Part shown: positions 34,982 to 45,006 of the stretch, in pieces
How the letters are laid out: each line of letters opens with the position of its first letter
Numbering within the stretch: the stretch's first letter is position 1
Source: Dehalococcoidia bacterium
GTDB lineage: Bacteria > Chloroflexota > Dehalococcoidia > Lucifugimonadales > JADFKI01
DNA: 64,000 nt
Reading direction: 5' to 3'
Assembly (NCBI GenBank): GCA_965204445.1
Contig: OZ241992.1
Span: 2,369,773 to 2,433,772 of the forward strand
Program-made: the position numbers and the translations under genes
The notes under the pieces: generated by a model
Told to the model about the DNA's origin: nothing
What the model saw: the letters and a program-made list of their open reading frames with translations, nothing else
Databases searched by the model: none

Positions 34982-35228
34982 CTTATCCTCACTTGAAATA
35001 AGCCTTGCGTTTGAGCGGTTCGGCTAACAGGTTATAATATCCGTTGCGCGATGTAAATCAACTTCCCGCCGAAAAACCGCCGCAGCGAAAGTCGATGTTT
35101 GCCCCACGCCGGCGTCGAAGATGGCGCAATCGTCCCCACGCCGCCAACGCCGTTGGTTTATAATAAGGCGCATCGCAACCCAAAAGCCTGCGTTGTTAGT
35201 TGTTAACAAAGAACGAAAGAGCGCCGCT

Positions 35229-36272
35229 ATGAAATTCGCCCTGATTACCCATTTGCCCTGGCCGGAAGGCGTCGACGTCCGCAGCATCGCCGAACAGACC
35301 ATAGCTGAAGTAGCGCACGGCGAGGCGCTGGGCTTTCACAGCGCTTGGTTCGCGGAGCATCACTTTTCGCGCTACGGCATCGGTTCGTCGGCGCTGGTGT
35401 TCGCAAGCGCAATCGCGGCGCGCACCCACAAGATACGGCTGGGCACCGCCGTGCTTGTGCCGCCGCTGCACAACCCCATACGCCTAGCAGAGGACACCGC
35501 CACGCTTGACCTGATGAGCAACGGCAGGCTGGATGTGGGCTTTGGACGCGGCGCGGCAAGGTATGAGTTCACGCCCTACGGCGTCGATCATTCTGATACG
35601 CAGGCGCGCTTTCAAGAATCCGTCAATATGATACAAGGGATGTGGACAACGCCCGATTATACACATAAGGGGCGATACTACAGCGCGCATCAGGCGAACC
35701 TTGTGCCGCCGGTGATGCAGCGGCCGCACCCGCCCATCTACATCGCCGCCACGCGCACGCAAGCCACGCTGGAATACGCCGTGGAGCGCGGCTTTCCCAC
35801 GATGATAGGGCTGACGGTCGACACCGAACCGGCGCTTGAGCTCTGCCGCCGCTACGAAGCGATGTCCGCCAAGACGCCGCATCGGGTTGCAGTGGCGGAT
35901 ATACCCTTCTTTCGATACTGCTATGTTGCGGAGAGCGAGCGGCAAGCGCTGGACGACGTGCGCCAATCGCTGAGCTGGGTCATAGATATGCTGCAGTGGC
36001 GCGGCGCGTTCAGCGAGGGCAGCGAGCTGACGCACAGCCTAGACGAATGGCGCAAAACGCGCGGCGAGCCGACGCTCAAGTTCGAGGATGTCTTCGAGAA
36101 GCGCTCCGTCATTGGGACGCCGCAACAGTGCGTCGCCAAAATCAAGGCGCTGCAGGCGCAGGGCATAGAGTACTTCGGCTGCAACTTCGCCTTCGGCGGC
36201 ATGCCCCACCGCAAAGTGATGGACGCAATGACGCTATTCGCCGAAGAGGTGATGCCGCATTTTGCAGAGTGA
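35229..36272 (+). CDS. LLM-class (luciferase-like) flavin/F420-dependent oxidoreductase
   Basis: 'FHSAWFAEHHF', 'LGTAVLVPPLHNPIRLAED' and 'RLDVGFGRG'. The start is at the internal ATG 35229 ('MKFALI'). Confidence 0.85.
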   Translation: MKFALITHLPWPEGVDVRSIAEQTIAEVAHGEALGFHSAWFAEHHFSRYGIGSSALVFASAIAARTHKIRLGTAVLVPPLHNPIRLAEDTATLDLMSNGRLDVGFGRGAARYEFTPYGVDHSDTQARFQESVNMIQGMWTTPDYTHKGRYYSAHQANLVPPVMQRPHPPIYIAATRTQATLEYAVERGFPTMIGLTVDTEPALELCRRYEAMSAKTPHRVAVADIPFFRYCYVAESERQALDDVRQSLSWVIDMLQWRGAFSEGSELTHSLDEWRKTRGEPTLKFEDVFEKRSVIGTPQQCVAKIKALQAQGIEYFGCNFAFGGMPHRKVMDAMTLFAEEVMPHFAE

Positions 36273-36274
36273 GC

Positions 36275-37030
36275 CTATTCGGGGGCGACATGGAACACCC
36301 AATTAGCGAGTGCCTGACCATCCGGGTCATCGTCCGGGAATATGCTCCACTTTGCGAATACTAACAGGTAGGGATTATCCAATATATCAGTCGGTATTCG
36401 GTGAATCTCCACAAAGCCGTCCGCGCTTTCTCGCATACAAGGGTCTATCTGACCCAACGCGCACTCATACTCTACATAATGTCCGCTGCGGTCAATATCC
36501 GCGCCGATGGGAATGCCGCTGCCGTCGGGGTTCAACCCGGGGTATCCTTCAACAAATACCAGTCCAGGCTTCACATCGGTTAGGAAACGCACGACAGAGT
36601 TTGAGCTATCTATAACGGTTGCCTCCGGCCAGATAAAAGGGGGGTCGCGTCCTTCCACCAGTGTTGGGGTAGCTGATATGAAATCCCACTCTGCGCTCAA
36701 GAGATCGCCGTCAACTATGGCGCTAACGGAACCGCCGCTGACTATCTGCGCTTTAGGGAGATCGCGCGGCGGCGGATAGTATCTCACCAGCAACACTTCC
36801 TCTTCTTCTTCGTATGCTTCTTGCGCCGCTTCGCCTATCGTCTCTTGCGCATATTCCGATTGTGATTCCGTCGCAGTATACGTGACTGGCTGCTCACCCG
36901 CATCGGGCGGCGATTGCGCGCACCCCAAGCCGGCAAGCAGCCAAATCGTCAAGAGCGCCGTCAGGGTTGTCCGCCAACTCACCCACAGGGCGGGCGAGAA
37001 GCGTTTCCCTTGTAGTATCAGATATGACAT
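36275..37030 (-). CDS. hypothetical secreted protein or lipoprotein
   Basis: 251 aa. The N-terminal hydrophobic segment ends 'LLAGLGCAQS'. No domain recognised. Confidence 0.6.
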   Translation of the reverse strand: MSYLILQGKRFSPALWVSWRTTLTALLTIWLLAGLGCAQSPPDAGEQPVTYTATESQSEYAQETIGEAAQEAYEEEEEVLLVRYYPPPRDLPKAQIVSGGSVSAIVDGDLLSAEWDFISATPTLVEGRDPPFIWPEATVIDSSNSVVRFLTDVKPGLVFVEGYPGLNPDGSGIPIGADIDRSGHYVEYECALGQIDPCMRESADGFVEIHRIPTDILDNPYLLVFAKWSIFPDDDPDGQALANWVFHVAPE

Positions 37031-37036
37031 CCCTAA

Positions 37037-37075
37037 CCCTTTGCGTCATTTGCGCCATTGCGCCCTTGCGTTAAG
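37037..37075 (+). repeat. dispersed intergenic TTGCGCC-type repeat, copy e (four units)
   Basis: CCCTTTGCGTCATTTGCGCCATTGCGCCCTTGCGTTAAG, with cores spaced 9, 8 and 8 bp. Confidence 0.8.
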
Positions 37076-37206
37076 AGCATCCTCCAATCGCGCAACTCAT
37101 ACTCATAGAGGGACAAGGGAATTGTAATGCAGTCATAAGCGTTGTCAACATAGTTCCAAATATCACATAGCTTAGGCATAAATGCGCCAAACCCTCCGCA
37201 CTCAGG

Positions 37207-37235
37207 TTGCCCCCTACCCGCTTGGCGTCTATAAT
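37207..37235 (+). promoter_or_regulatory. sigma-70-like promoter candidate for the second LLM gene
   Basis: TTGCCC (37207-37212), a 17-nt spacer, then TATAAT (37230-37235). Confidence 0.45.
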
Positions 37236-37327
37236 GCGCCCTATGCTACCGTTGCTACCCGCCCGCCTAATGCCACCGCCGCCTACACCGCTTGCGAACT
37301 TGCGAATATGAACGAAAGGACAATGAT

Positions 37328-38500
37328 ATGGCGCTGCCCGATAGGATGAAGTTCGGCATCTTTCTAGGCCCATTCCACCGCGTCGGCGAGAACCCTACCC
37401 TTGCCATCGACCGCGATATGGAACTAATCCAATGGCTCGACTACCTAGGCTACGACGAGGCGTGGATTGGCGAACACCATAGCTCAGGCTGGGAAATCAT
37501 ATCCTCGCCTGAGATCTTTATAGCGGTTGCCGCCGACCGCACGCGCCATATCAAGCTCGGCACGGGCGTGGTCAGCCTGCCCTACCACCATCCGTTTATG
37601 GTAGCCAACCGAATGGCGCAGATTGACCATATGAGCCACGGGCGCGTGATGTTCGGCGTTGGGCCCGGCGCATTGCCCGGCGACGCCTATATGATGGGCA
37701 TCGAGCCGACCACGCAGCGCGAAAAGATGGACGAAGCATTCGGCATCGTGCTGCGCCTGTTCACCGAAACCGAACCCATCACCTACAAGAGCGACTGGTT
37801 CCAACTCAACGAAGCGATGCTGCAGATACGCCCGTATCAGCGCCCGCATATGCCCATAGCGGTGGCGTCCATTCAATCGCCTTCGGGCGTGGCGCTCGCC
37901 GGCAAGTACGGCGCGGCGGTGCTTACCATCACCGTGCCGCGCGATCCGTCCTCAAACGCGCAGTCCAACCTCGGCGAACTCTGGGCAATCGCCGAAGAGT
38001 CGGCGGCCGAACACAACCAAACCGTCGACCGCAACGATTGGCGGCTTGTGCTGCCCGTCCATCTCGCAGAAACCCGCAAGCAGGCGCGCGACGAAGCGCG
38101 GATGGGCGCCGGCTATTTTCTGCGCGAATACACCGAAGAGACCAACGGGCGCAAGTCCGGATTCGACGGACCTATAGAGAAGATCATAGACCATATGGCG
38201 GACAGCGGCGCATGGGTGGTCGGCACGCCCGACGACTGCATAGAGGCGATCCACCGCCTAGACGAACAGAGCGGCGGCTTTGGCGGCTTTATGGTGCAAA
38301 CGGTCGACTGGGCGCCCCGCGAGGCTATGCTGCGAAGCTACGAACTGCTGGCGCGCTATGTGATGCCGCACTTCCAAGGCAGCGCCGCAGCCACCAAAGC
38401 GTCCCAAGACTGGGCAAGGGCGCGGCAGGATACGCTTGTGAGCGGCAGAATGCGCGCCATCGATCGCGCCAAGCAGGCATACGCGCAGCGCGGCGCCTGA
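37328..38500 (+). CDS. LLM-class (luciferase-like) flavin/F420-dependent oxidoreductase
   Basis: 'YDEAWIGEHHS', 'LGTGVVSLPYHHPFMVANR' and 'MFGVGPG'. The ATG at 37328 follows GAAAGGA. Confidence 0.85.
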   Translation: MALPDRMKFGIFLGPFHRVGENPTLAIDRDMELIQWLDYLGYDEAWIGEHHSSGWEIISSPEIFIAVAADRTRHIKLGTGVVSLPYHHPFMVANRMAQIDHMSHGRVMFGVGPGALPGDAYMMGIEPTTQREKMDEAFGIVLRLFTETEPITYKSDWFQLNEAMLQIRPYQRPHMPIAVASIQSPSGVALAGKYGAAVLTITVPRDPSSNAQSNLGELWAIAEESAAEHNQTVDRNDWRLVLPVHLAETRKQARDEARMGAGYFLREYTEETNGRKSGFDGPIEKIIDHMADSGAWVVGTPDDCIEAIHRLDEQSGGFGGFMVQTVDWAPREAMLRSYELLARYVMPHFQGSAAATKASQDWARARQDTLVSGRMRAIDRAKQAYAQRGA

Positions 38501-38616
38501 CTCCGCCGCATCGCAAATCGCGATAGCCGCCGTCTATCAGCATCGGCGCGCGGACGAATTGCGGTATAGACGGATGCGGCGCACAGCATACGGGACAGCA
38601 TACGGACAAGGCGATA

Positions 38617-38991
38617 TTGGCAGACCTAATCAGCTTCGACATAGACGGCACGCTTGAGGTGGGCGAGCCGCGCGGCAGCATTACCATCGAGTTCGTGCGA
38701 ACCGCGCGGCGCAACGGCAGCATCATCGGGAGCTGCTCGGACAGACCGCTAAGCCACCAGCGGCGCATATGGGAGCGCCTCAATGTGGATGTGGACTTCA
38801 CGGCGCTGAAAGACCGCCTAGACGAAGTTAAGGCGCGCTTTGACGCCGATTCCTATACCCACGTGGGCGATACCGATGTTGATGAACACTTCGCCAACAA
38901 AGCGGGCTTCGAGTTCGTCCGCGTGGATACCGCCGCCTACCGCGCTTGGCACGCGCGCATCCTAAATCAAGGCGCAGGGACGGAGGGCTAG
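38617..38991 (+). CDS. small HAD-superfamily-like hydrolase
   Basis: 124 aa. Motif I 'SFDIDGTLE' and a late 'VGDTDVDE'. TTG start, so the boundary is uncertain. Confidence 0.55.
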   Translation: MADLISFDIDGTLEVGEPRGSITIEFVRTARRNGSIIGSCSDRPLSHQRRIWERLNVDVDFTALKDRLDEVKARFDADSYTHVGDTDVDEHFANKAGFEFVRVDTAAYRAWHARILNQGAGTEG

Positions 38992-38992
38992 T

Positions 38993-39379
38993 ATGGGAAC
39001 TTTTCATATCGCGATGGAAGTGGGGGACGCGCAGGGCTTGCGCTACGAACCCGTGCAAGCGCTGGCGGATTCGGGCGCAACCTACAACATTCTGCCTGCG
39101 CCGCTGCTGAGGGATTTGGGCGTCGCCCCGAAAATAAACAGGGGTTTCACGCTTGCGGACGGCAGACGGATAGAACTCCCAATGGGCGAAACTTGGATAC
39201 GGCTTGAGGGGGAAGAGCATATGGCGCCCGTGGTGTTCGGCGGCGGCGATACGCTGCCAATCGTGGGGGCGGTTACGCTAGAGATATTCGGGCTTGGCAT
39301 AGATCCGGTGAAAGAACGGCTAGTATCCGTTGACGGCTATATGCTGCCAATCGATCCCAACGGACAGACTGAGGGCTAG
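38993..39379 (+). CDS. retropepsin-like (clan AA) aspartic protease, copy 1
   Basis: 128 aa. Catalytic motif '[12 protein letters not shown]' and '[14 protein letters not shown]'. Confidence 0.75.
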   Translation: MGTFHIAMEVGDAQGLRYEPVQALADSGATYNILPAPLLRDLGVAPKINRGFTLADGRRIELPMGETWIRLEGEEHMAPVVFGGGDTLPIVGAVTLEIFGLGIDPVKERLVSVDGYMLPIDPNGQTEG

Positions 39380-39380
39380 T

Positions 39381-39764
39381 ATGGGAAATTTTCATATCGC
39401 GATGGAAGTGGGCGATACGCAGGGCTTGCGCTACGAACCGGTGCAAGCCCTGGTGGATTTGGGCGCAACCTACAACATCCTGCCTGCGTCATTGCTGAGT
39501 CGACTGGGCGTGCGCCCAACCGAAAGCGGCAGTTTCATACTTGCCGACGGCAGACGGATACAGCGCGATATGGGGCAGACTTGGGTTCGGCTTGAGGGAA
39601 GAGAATACATTGCGCCCGTGGTATTCGGCGGCGCTGACACTCAGCCCATATTGGGCGCGGTTACATTAGAGATATTCGGGCTTGGAATAGACCCGGTGGC
39701 AGAACGGCTCATACCGGTTGACGGGTATATGCTGCCGATAGATCCGGACGGGCAGGTTGATTAG
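39381..39764 (+). CDS. retropepsin-like (clan AA) aspartic protease, copy 2 (DLGA variant)
   Basis: Tandem paralogue with a 388-bp period. The motif reads '[12 protein letters not shown]'. The start is at the internal ATG 39381. Confidence 0.75.
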   Translation: MGNFHIAMEVGDTQGLRYEPVQALVDLGATYNILPASLLSRLGVRPTESGSFILADGRRIQRDMGQTWVRLEGREYIAPVVFGGADTQPILGAVTLEIFGLGIDPVAERLIPVDGYMLPIDPDGQVD

Positions 39765-39766
39765 CG

Positions 39767-40492
39767 ATGTCCCTTGTAATACGCCGCGCCGACGGCAGAG
39801 CTGCCGATGAACTGCGCCCCACGCGCATAACGCTGGGCGCGCAGGCTTTCGCCGAGGGTTCGGCGCTCATAGAGGCTGGCATGACGCGCGTTCTGTGCGC
39901 CGTCAGCGTGGAGGACAAAGTCCCCCGCTTTCTGCGCGGCACAGGGCGCGGCTGGGTTACCGCCGAATACGCGATGCTGCCGCGCTCAACGCACACCCGA
40001 GTGCCGCGAGAGCGCACTCCGCGCGGACGCTCCCAAGAGATACAGCGGCTTATCGGCAGATCGCTGCGCGCCGCGGTGGATATGGACAAGCTGGGTGAGC
40101 GCACCTTCACCGTGGACTGCGACGTGCTTCAGGCGGACGGCGGCACGCGAACCGCCGCCATCACCGGCGCATATGTGGCGCTGCGTCAGGCATTCGCGGC
40201 GCTGGCGGCCGACGGCAATCTCGCCGAAATGCCGTTGCGAACAGCCGTCGCCGCAACAAGCGTGGGCATCGTGGATGGCGCGGTTATACTGGATCTCTGC
40301 TACGACGAGGATTCGCGCGCCGACGCCGATTTCAATGTGGTTATGACCGCCGCGGGCGAGTTCGTGGAGCTGCAGGGCAGCGCAGAGCGCGCTCCGTTTT
40401 CTAGGAATGCGCTCGACCAGGCGCTTGCGACGGCGGAGCGCGGCATTCGGCGGCTCATCCGCATTCAGCGGGACGCCATAGACGCTATATGA
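39767..40492 (+). CDS. rph: ribonuclease PH
   Basis: 241 aa with '[12 protein letters not shown]' and '[23 protein letters not shown]'. Confidence 0.95.
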   Translation: MSLVIRRADGRAADELRPTRITLGAQAFAEGSALIEAGMTRVLCAVSVEDKVPRFLRGTGRGWVTAEYAMLPRSTHTRVPRERTPRGRSQEIQRLIGRSLRAAVDMDKLGERTFTVDCDVLQADGGTRTAAITGAYVALRQAFAALAADGNLAEMPLRTAVAATSVGIVDGAVILDLCYDEDSRADADFNVVMTAAGEFVELQGSAERAPFSRNALDQALATAERGIRRLIRIQRDAIDAI

Positions 40493-40500
40493 GCGGACGC

Positions 40501-40574
40501 GCGAAACGCCGCCGAAATATCCTGTTGGCTTGGTCGTGCCGTTGCCGCAAAACACAAGATCGGCGGCGTTTCGC
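40501..40574. other. perfect 15-bp inverted repeat with a 44-nt spacer between convergent genes
   Basis: GCGAAACGCCGCCGA (40501-40515) pairs with TCGGCGGCGTTTCGC (40560-40574). Confidence 0.7.
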
Positions 40575-40588
40575 CAAGCGCGCTACTC

Positions 40589-41440
40589 TTAGAAATCGTC
40601 GGCCGTCATATCGTCGCCGGTGGCGCTGATGATGCGGTGAATTACGGGCGCAAAAGCGCTGTCGTCGCCGGGCTCGGTGTCGTCGTCCGACCAGTCTTTG
40701 AAGAGATGGCCGGGCAGCGATACGGCGCGCGGTTCGTCTTCATCGTAGTTAAGCGCCGCTACCGGCATATAGGCGCGGTAATCGGATGTCCCGCGCGATG
40801 GAAAGGACACAGCGCCCGCCTGCGAGGGATGCTTGAAGGTTTCGCGGATGATAATCGTCAGTTCCTGGAAGCCTGAGCCTGTGACGGTGGCTTCGTAGCG
40901 ATTGCCGCCGCGCATCATTCGCGCAAGCCGCGCCGCCAACTTCGGCTCCACGCTGCCGATGTAGTTGCCCTCAGGGTCCACAACCTTGACGCGGCCGTTT
41001 TCCATCGCAAGGCTGACCACATGCCCCGGCGCAAGCTTCAGCAGCGTCTGCGGCACGGCAAGGTTTATCAGCGAGGTGGTGGTGGACTTGCCGCTGTCCT
41101 CTATGAACACTCTCGCGGCCGCCTTCACGGTGCCGACCGGGCGCGGCGCATCGTGGTCGCTGAGGCTCATAAGCCGGTCGAGGTTCTTGCGCGCGATGCC
41201 GTTGTGCGGCTCGATCTCAAGCGCCCGTTGGAACGCCAGCTTCGCTTCGCGGACGTGTCCGAGTTCGCTGAGCGCTTTGCCCAGCCTGTTCTGCGCCTCC
41301 ATATCGTCGGGGAAGTCGCGCAGGATGGCGCGGTTGGTCATCGCGGCTTCCTGCCATCGGCTTCTCATCGCAAGCGCAACCGCCTTTCGCGCGCGCTCCC
41401 GCCTGACATCTTCGGTCTGTCTGTCAATGAGTTTTTGCAT
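40589..41440 (-). CDS. TPR-repeat protein with uncharacterised C-terminal domain
   Basis: 283 aa. The N-terminal segment 'AQNRLGKALSELGHVREAKLAFQRALEIEPHN' is TPR-like. Confidence 0.65.
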   Translation of the reverse strand: MQKLIDRQTEDVRRERARKAVALAMRSRWQEAAMTNRAILRDFPDDMEAQNRLGKALSELGHVREAKLAFQRALEIEPHNGIARKNLDRLMSLSDHDAPRPVGTVKAAARVFIEDSGKSTTTSLINLAVPQTLLKLAPGHVVSLAMENGRVKVVDPEGNYIGSVEPKLAARLARMMRGGNRYEATVTGSGFQELTIIIRETFKHPSQAGAVSFPSRGTSDYRAYMPVAALNYDEDEPRAVSLPGHLFKDWSDDDTEPGDDSAFAPVIHRIISATGDDMTADDF

Positions 41441-41570
41441 ATCGTCTGTCCTGTCTTGCTCCAGTGTAATTAGGCGCTCAGTGTATTCAGAATGTGAAAA
41501 GTATCACATACGGCGGTTGCCGCAAAGGGTTTTCTCTTGTAAAAGTATTAGATTGGGTATATCCGAATAG

Positions 41571-43067
41571 TTAAAGGCTTCTGTGCGCCTTTTTCCTGAA
41601 AGGCAGCGTCATAAGCCACCAAAGCACTTCCACGATTATGCCCAGCGAAAGCTTGGATTCGCCGCGCGCGCGGTCGTAAAAGGTAATCGGATATTCCACG
41701 ACGCGATAGCCGCGGCGCTGGCATGCGTAGGCGACTTCCACCTGGAAGCCGTAGCCTTTGCAGCGAAACTGCTCCAAGTCGAGCGCGCGCAGCGCATCGG
41801 AGCGAAACGCCTTGAAGCCGGTTGTGCAGTCCTTCACCTTTACGCCGGCGACGATGCGTATGACGATGTTGGCGAATGCGCTGAGCAGCTGCCGACTGCG
41901 CCGCCAATCCTTCGCCACTGCGCCGCCCTGCGTATAGCGCGAGCCTATCACGACGTCGGCATCCCGCAGCGCGTCCAAGAATGCGGGGATGTACTCCGGG
42001 GCGTGCGACAGATCGGCGTCCATCTGCAGCACATAGTCCGCGCCCTGCGCTATCGCATACGCAAAGCCGTCCAGATACGCCGTTCCCAAGCCGTTCTTGG
42101 CTTCGCGCTCTATCAGATGCAAGCGGTTGCCGAACTGACCGCTGATGCCGCGCGCCACTTCGCCCGTGCCGTCCGGCGAATTATCGTCCACGATGATAAG
42201 TCTGATGTCGGGAATGTCAAGCGCGAATATGCGCTGCGCCAGCGCGGGCAGATTATCCGCTTCGTTGTAGGTCGGCGTTACAATCGCAACTGCGACATGC
42301 CTATCGATTGCCGCGTCCGTCCGACGGGCGGAGGCGCTTGGGCGGCGGGCGACGGCGTATTCGCCGCGCATATCGCGCCAGCGCAGCGCCAGCACATCGC
42401 GCATCATCGTCAGCGGCGCCGTGGGGTTCACTTTGCCGTCGTCGGCGCGGTACCAGTCAATCGGCATTTCCAAGATACGCATCCCGCGCTTGGACGCCAG
42501 ATACAAGACTTCTACATCGAAGCCCCAGCCGCTTGTGCGCTGAAGCGCGAATAGTTGGGCGGCGTGGGCGCTGAAGCACTTGAAGCCGCACTGCGTATCT
42601 TGGAAGCCGCGCAGCGCCAAAGACTGAACCCATAGGTTGAACACGCGCGCGCGCAGATGTCCGATTGCGGATTCGTCGTAGCGGTTAGCGCCGGCCGCGC
42701 GCCGCGATCCGATAACGATGTCATAGCCCTGCGCCATATGCGCCAGAAAGTCGGCTATATGCTCCACGGGCATAGCGAGATCTGCATCGCACATAAGGCG
42801 GTTTTCGCCGGCGGCGGCCAGCATGCCGCGCCGCACCGCCGCGCCCTTGCCGCCGTGCGGGATGCGCTCCAGCCGAAAGCCGTCGCGCCGCGCCATCCAG
42901 TCGGCCACAACCGACGCCGTGGCGTCGACGCTGCCGTCATCTACTACGATTACCTCCCAGGCGTAGGATTGCGCGGCTAGATAGCGCGACACCGCCTCTA
43001 ATGTGGGGATAATGCGCGACGCCTCGTTGTACGCCGGAATGATTACTGAAAGATGGGGTACTGCCAT
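41571..43067 (-). CDS. fusion of two family-2 glycosyltransferase domains (polyprenyl-phosphate glycosyltransferase-like)
   Basis: Domain 1 has 'SVIIPAYNE' and 'VVDDGS'. Domain 2 has 'IVTPTYNE', 'IVDDNSPDGT' and 'QMDADLSH' (DPM1/Ppm-like). Confidence 0.8.
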   Translation of the reverse strand: MAVPHLSVIIPAYNEASRIIPTLEAVSRYLAAQSYAWEVIVVDDGSVDATASVVADWMARRDGFRLERIPHGGKGAAVRRGMLAAAGENRLMCDADLAMPVEHIADFLAHMAQGYDIVIGSRRAAGANRYDESAIGHLRARVFNLWVQSLALRGFQDTQCGFKCFSAHAAQLFALQRTSGWGFDVEVLYLASKRGMRILEMPIDWYRADDGKVNPTAPLTMMRDVLALRWRDMRGEYAVARRPSASARRTDAAIDRHVAVAIVTPTYNEADNLPALAQRIFALDIPDIRLIIVDDNSPDGTGEVARGISGQFGNRLHLIEREAKNGLGTAYLDGFAYAIAQGADYVLQMDADLSHAPEYIPAFLDALRDADVVIGSRYTQGGAVAKDWRRSRQLLSAFANIVIRIVAGVKVKDCTTGFKAFRSDALRALDLEQFRCKGYGFQVEVAYACQRRGYRVVEYPITFYDRARGESKLSLGIIVEVLWWLMTLPFRKKAHRSL

Positions 43068-43141
43068 AGCGCAAGTCAGCGCCTCATTCGTCCGGTCTTG
43101 AAAGCCGACGCAACGGCGGCGATAATCGGATAAATCGGCGG

Positions 43142-44374
43142 TTACTCTTGGGGTATGTCTAGGCGAAAGGCGTCGTGAAGCGCGCTTGCCGCCTCGCCCG
43201 CCTGCGATTCTTTCACGATGCAGGTGATGCGTATTTCCGATGTGGTAATCATATCGATGTTGATGCGCTTGTCCGCCAGCGCGCGAAACATTCGCGAGGC
43301 GTAGCCGGGCGCGTCCTGCATGCCGGAGCCCACGATGCTGAGTTTGGCGAGCGTATCGTCGCTTATCGTGCCACGGCTACCAAGTTCGCGCGCGACCGAG
43401 TCCACCACTTCGAGCGAGCGCGCCAAGTCGGTGCGCGCCACGGTGAAGGTGAGATCGGTTGTGCCGTCCACGCCGGCGTTCTGCACTATAACATCGACGC
43501 TTATGTCGGCGGCGGCGAGCGGCTCAAAGAGGCTTGCGGCGATGCCGGGGCGGTCTTTCACGCCAAGCACGGTTATCTTTGCCACATTAGCGTCGGTGGC
43601 AATGCCTCTGACGCGGTTGCGAAGCTCGCCCACATTGGTATTCATATCCGTATCTCCGTGAATAAGCGTGCCCGGGGTGTCGGCGAAGCTGGACGCTACC
43701 AGTATAGGCACATTGTAGTGCATCCCCATCTCAATGGAGCGCGGGTTCATTTTAGCGCCGTAACTGGCGAGCTCCAGCATCTCTTCAAAGCCGATTTCGT
43801 CCAGTTTGCGCGCTTTAGGCACAAGACGGGGATCTGCGGTATAGATGCCGTCGACGTCGGTATAGACTTCGCAGCGATCGGCGCTCACGCCCGCGGCTAT
43901 CGCAACCGCTGTGGTGTCGGAGCCGCCGCGCCCAAGCGTGGTGATGTCCATATCCTCCGTGATGCCCTGAAAGCCCGCCACGATGACGATGTTGCCGGCG
44001 TCAAGCTCAGCGATGATGCGCGAGGGGTTCACGCCCGAAATGCGCGCTCTGCCGTATGAGGTATCGGTGCGAATGCCCGCCTGCGCGCCGCTGAGGCTTA
44101 TGGACGGGTAGCCCATCGTGCGGAGCGCCATAGCCATCAGCGTGCAAGAGACCAGCTCGCCGGTGGAGAGCAGCACATCCATTTCGCGGGCGTCCGGGCG
44201 ATCCGCGATGCGGTTGGCGAGGTCGATGAGCTCATCCGTAGTATCGCCCATAGCGGACAGCACCGCCACCACGCGATTGCCACCGTCGTGAGCGCGCGCG
44301 ATGCGATGCGCCACATTGCGTATCTTGTCCGCATCGGCAAGGGAGCTGCCGCCGTATTTCTGTACAATTAGCAT
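43142..44374 (-). CDS. lysC: aspartate kinase
   Basis: 410 aa with '[10 protein letters not shown]', '[12 protein letters not shown]' and C-terminal ACT repeats. Confidence 0.95.
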   Translation of the reverse strand: MLIVQKYGGSSLADADKIRNVAHRIARAHDGGNRVVAVLSAMGDTTDELIDLANRIADRPDAREMDVLLSTGELVSCTLMAMALRTMGYPSISLSGAQAGIRTDTSYGRARISGVNPSRIIAELDAGNIVIVAGFQGITEDMDITTLGRGGSDTTAVAIAAGVSADRCEVYTDVDGIYTADPRLVPKARKLDEIGFEEMLELASYGAKMNPRSIEMGMHYNVPILVASSFADTPGTLIHGDTDMNTNVGELRNRVRGIATDANVAKITVLGVKDRPGIAASLFEPLAAADISVDVIVQNAGVDGTTDLTFTVARTDLARSLEVVDSVARELGSRGTISDDTLAKLSIVGSGMQDAPGYASRMFRALADKRINIDMITTSEIRITCIVKESQAGEAASALHDAFRLDIPQE

Positions 44375-44454
44375 AGCAAAGCGCCGGTTGCAAGTTGTAA
44401 GGGTTGGTTATCCATGTGTTAGTGAAGCGATTGCGCCGTCGCGGGAAAGTTCGG

Positions 44455-45006
44455 CTATTCGCCAAAAACATAACCCAGGTCAATCGTCAGTCCCGCAAGC
44501 GTGGGCGAAATCAGCGTTTGTCCGTCTTTGTACACGCCCGCAATCGCATATTCGCCGTCGGTTAGCGCCATAACCCATACAAGCTTTGCATCGGGCGCCA
44601 CAAGCCACAACTCGCGCACGCCGTACTTGGCGTACAGATCGCGCTTCTGCGTCCAATCGCGCTGAGCTGTAGAAGGCGATAGGACTTCCACCACCAAATT
44701 GGGCGCGCCCTGCACATTGGCGGGCGTGATGATGTCGGCGCGCTCTTTGGATATGAACATCAGGTCCGGCTGTACAACATCCGTATCTGACAGTATCACG
44801 TCGAAGGGAGCGTCATAGACCCACCCTAATCCGCTTTCCTCTACATCCCGAAACAGCCACAGCAATCTCTTGCTGACTCTTTGGTGCATTTCGTTAGGTG
44901 AAGAGACCAAAATCAACTCCCCGTCAATAAGTTCGTATCGCTCATCGCCCGGAATGTTCGCATAGTCTTCGTATGTGAGCTTGACTACGGCTTCCGTATA
45001 GACCAT
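44455..45006 (-). CDS. Uma2-family (DUF820) putative endonuclease
   Basis: 183 aa with 'YELIDGELI', 'QPDLMFI', 'VVEVLSPST...D...K...YAKYGVRELWLV'. Confidence 0.8.
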   Translation of the reverse strand: MVYTEAVVKLTYEDYANIPGDERYELIDGELILVSSPNEMHQRVSKRLLWLFRDVEESGLGWVYDAPFDVILSDTDVVQPDLMFISKERADIITPANVQGAPNLVVEVLSPSTAQRDWTQKRDLYAKYGVRELWLVAPDAKLVWVMALTDGEYAIAGVYKDGQTLISPTLAGLTIDLGYVFGE

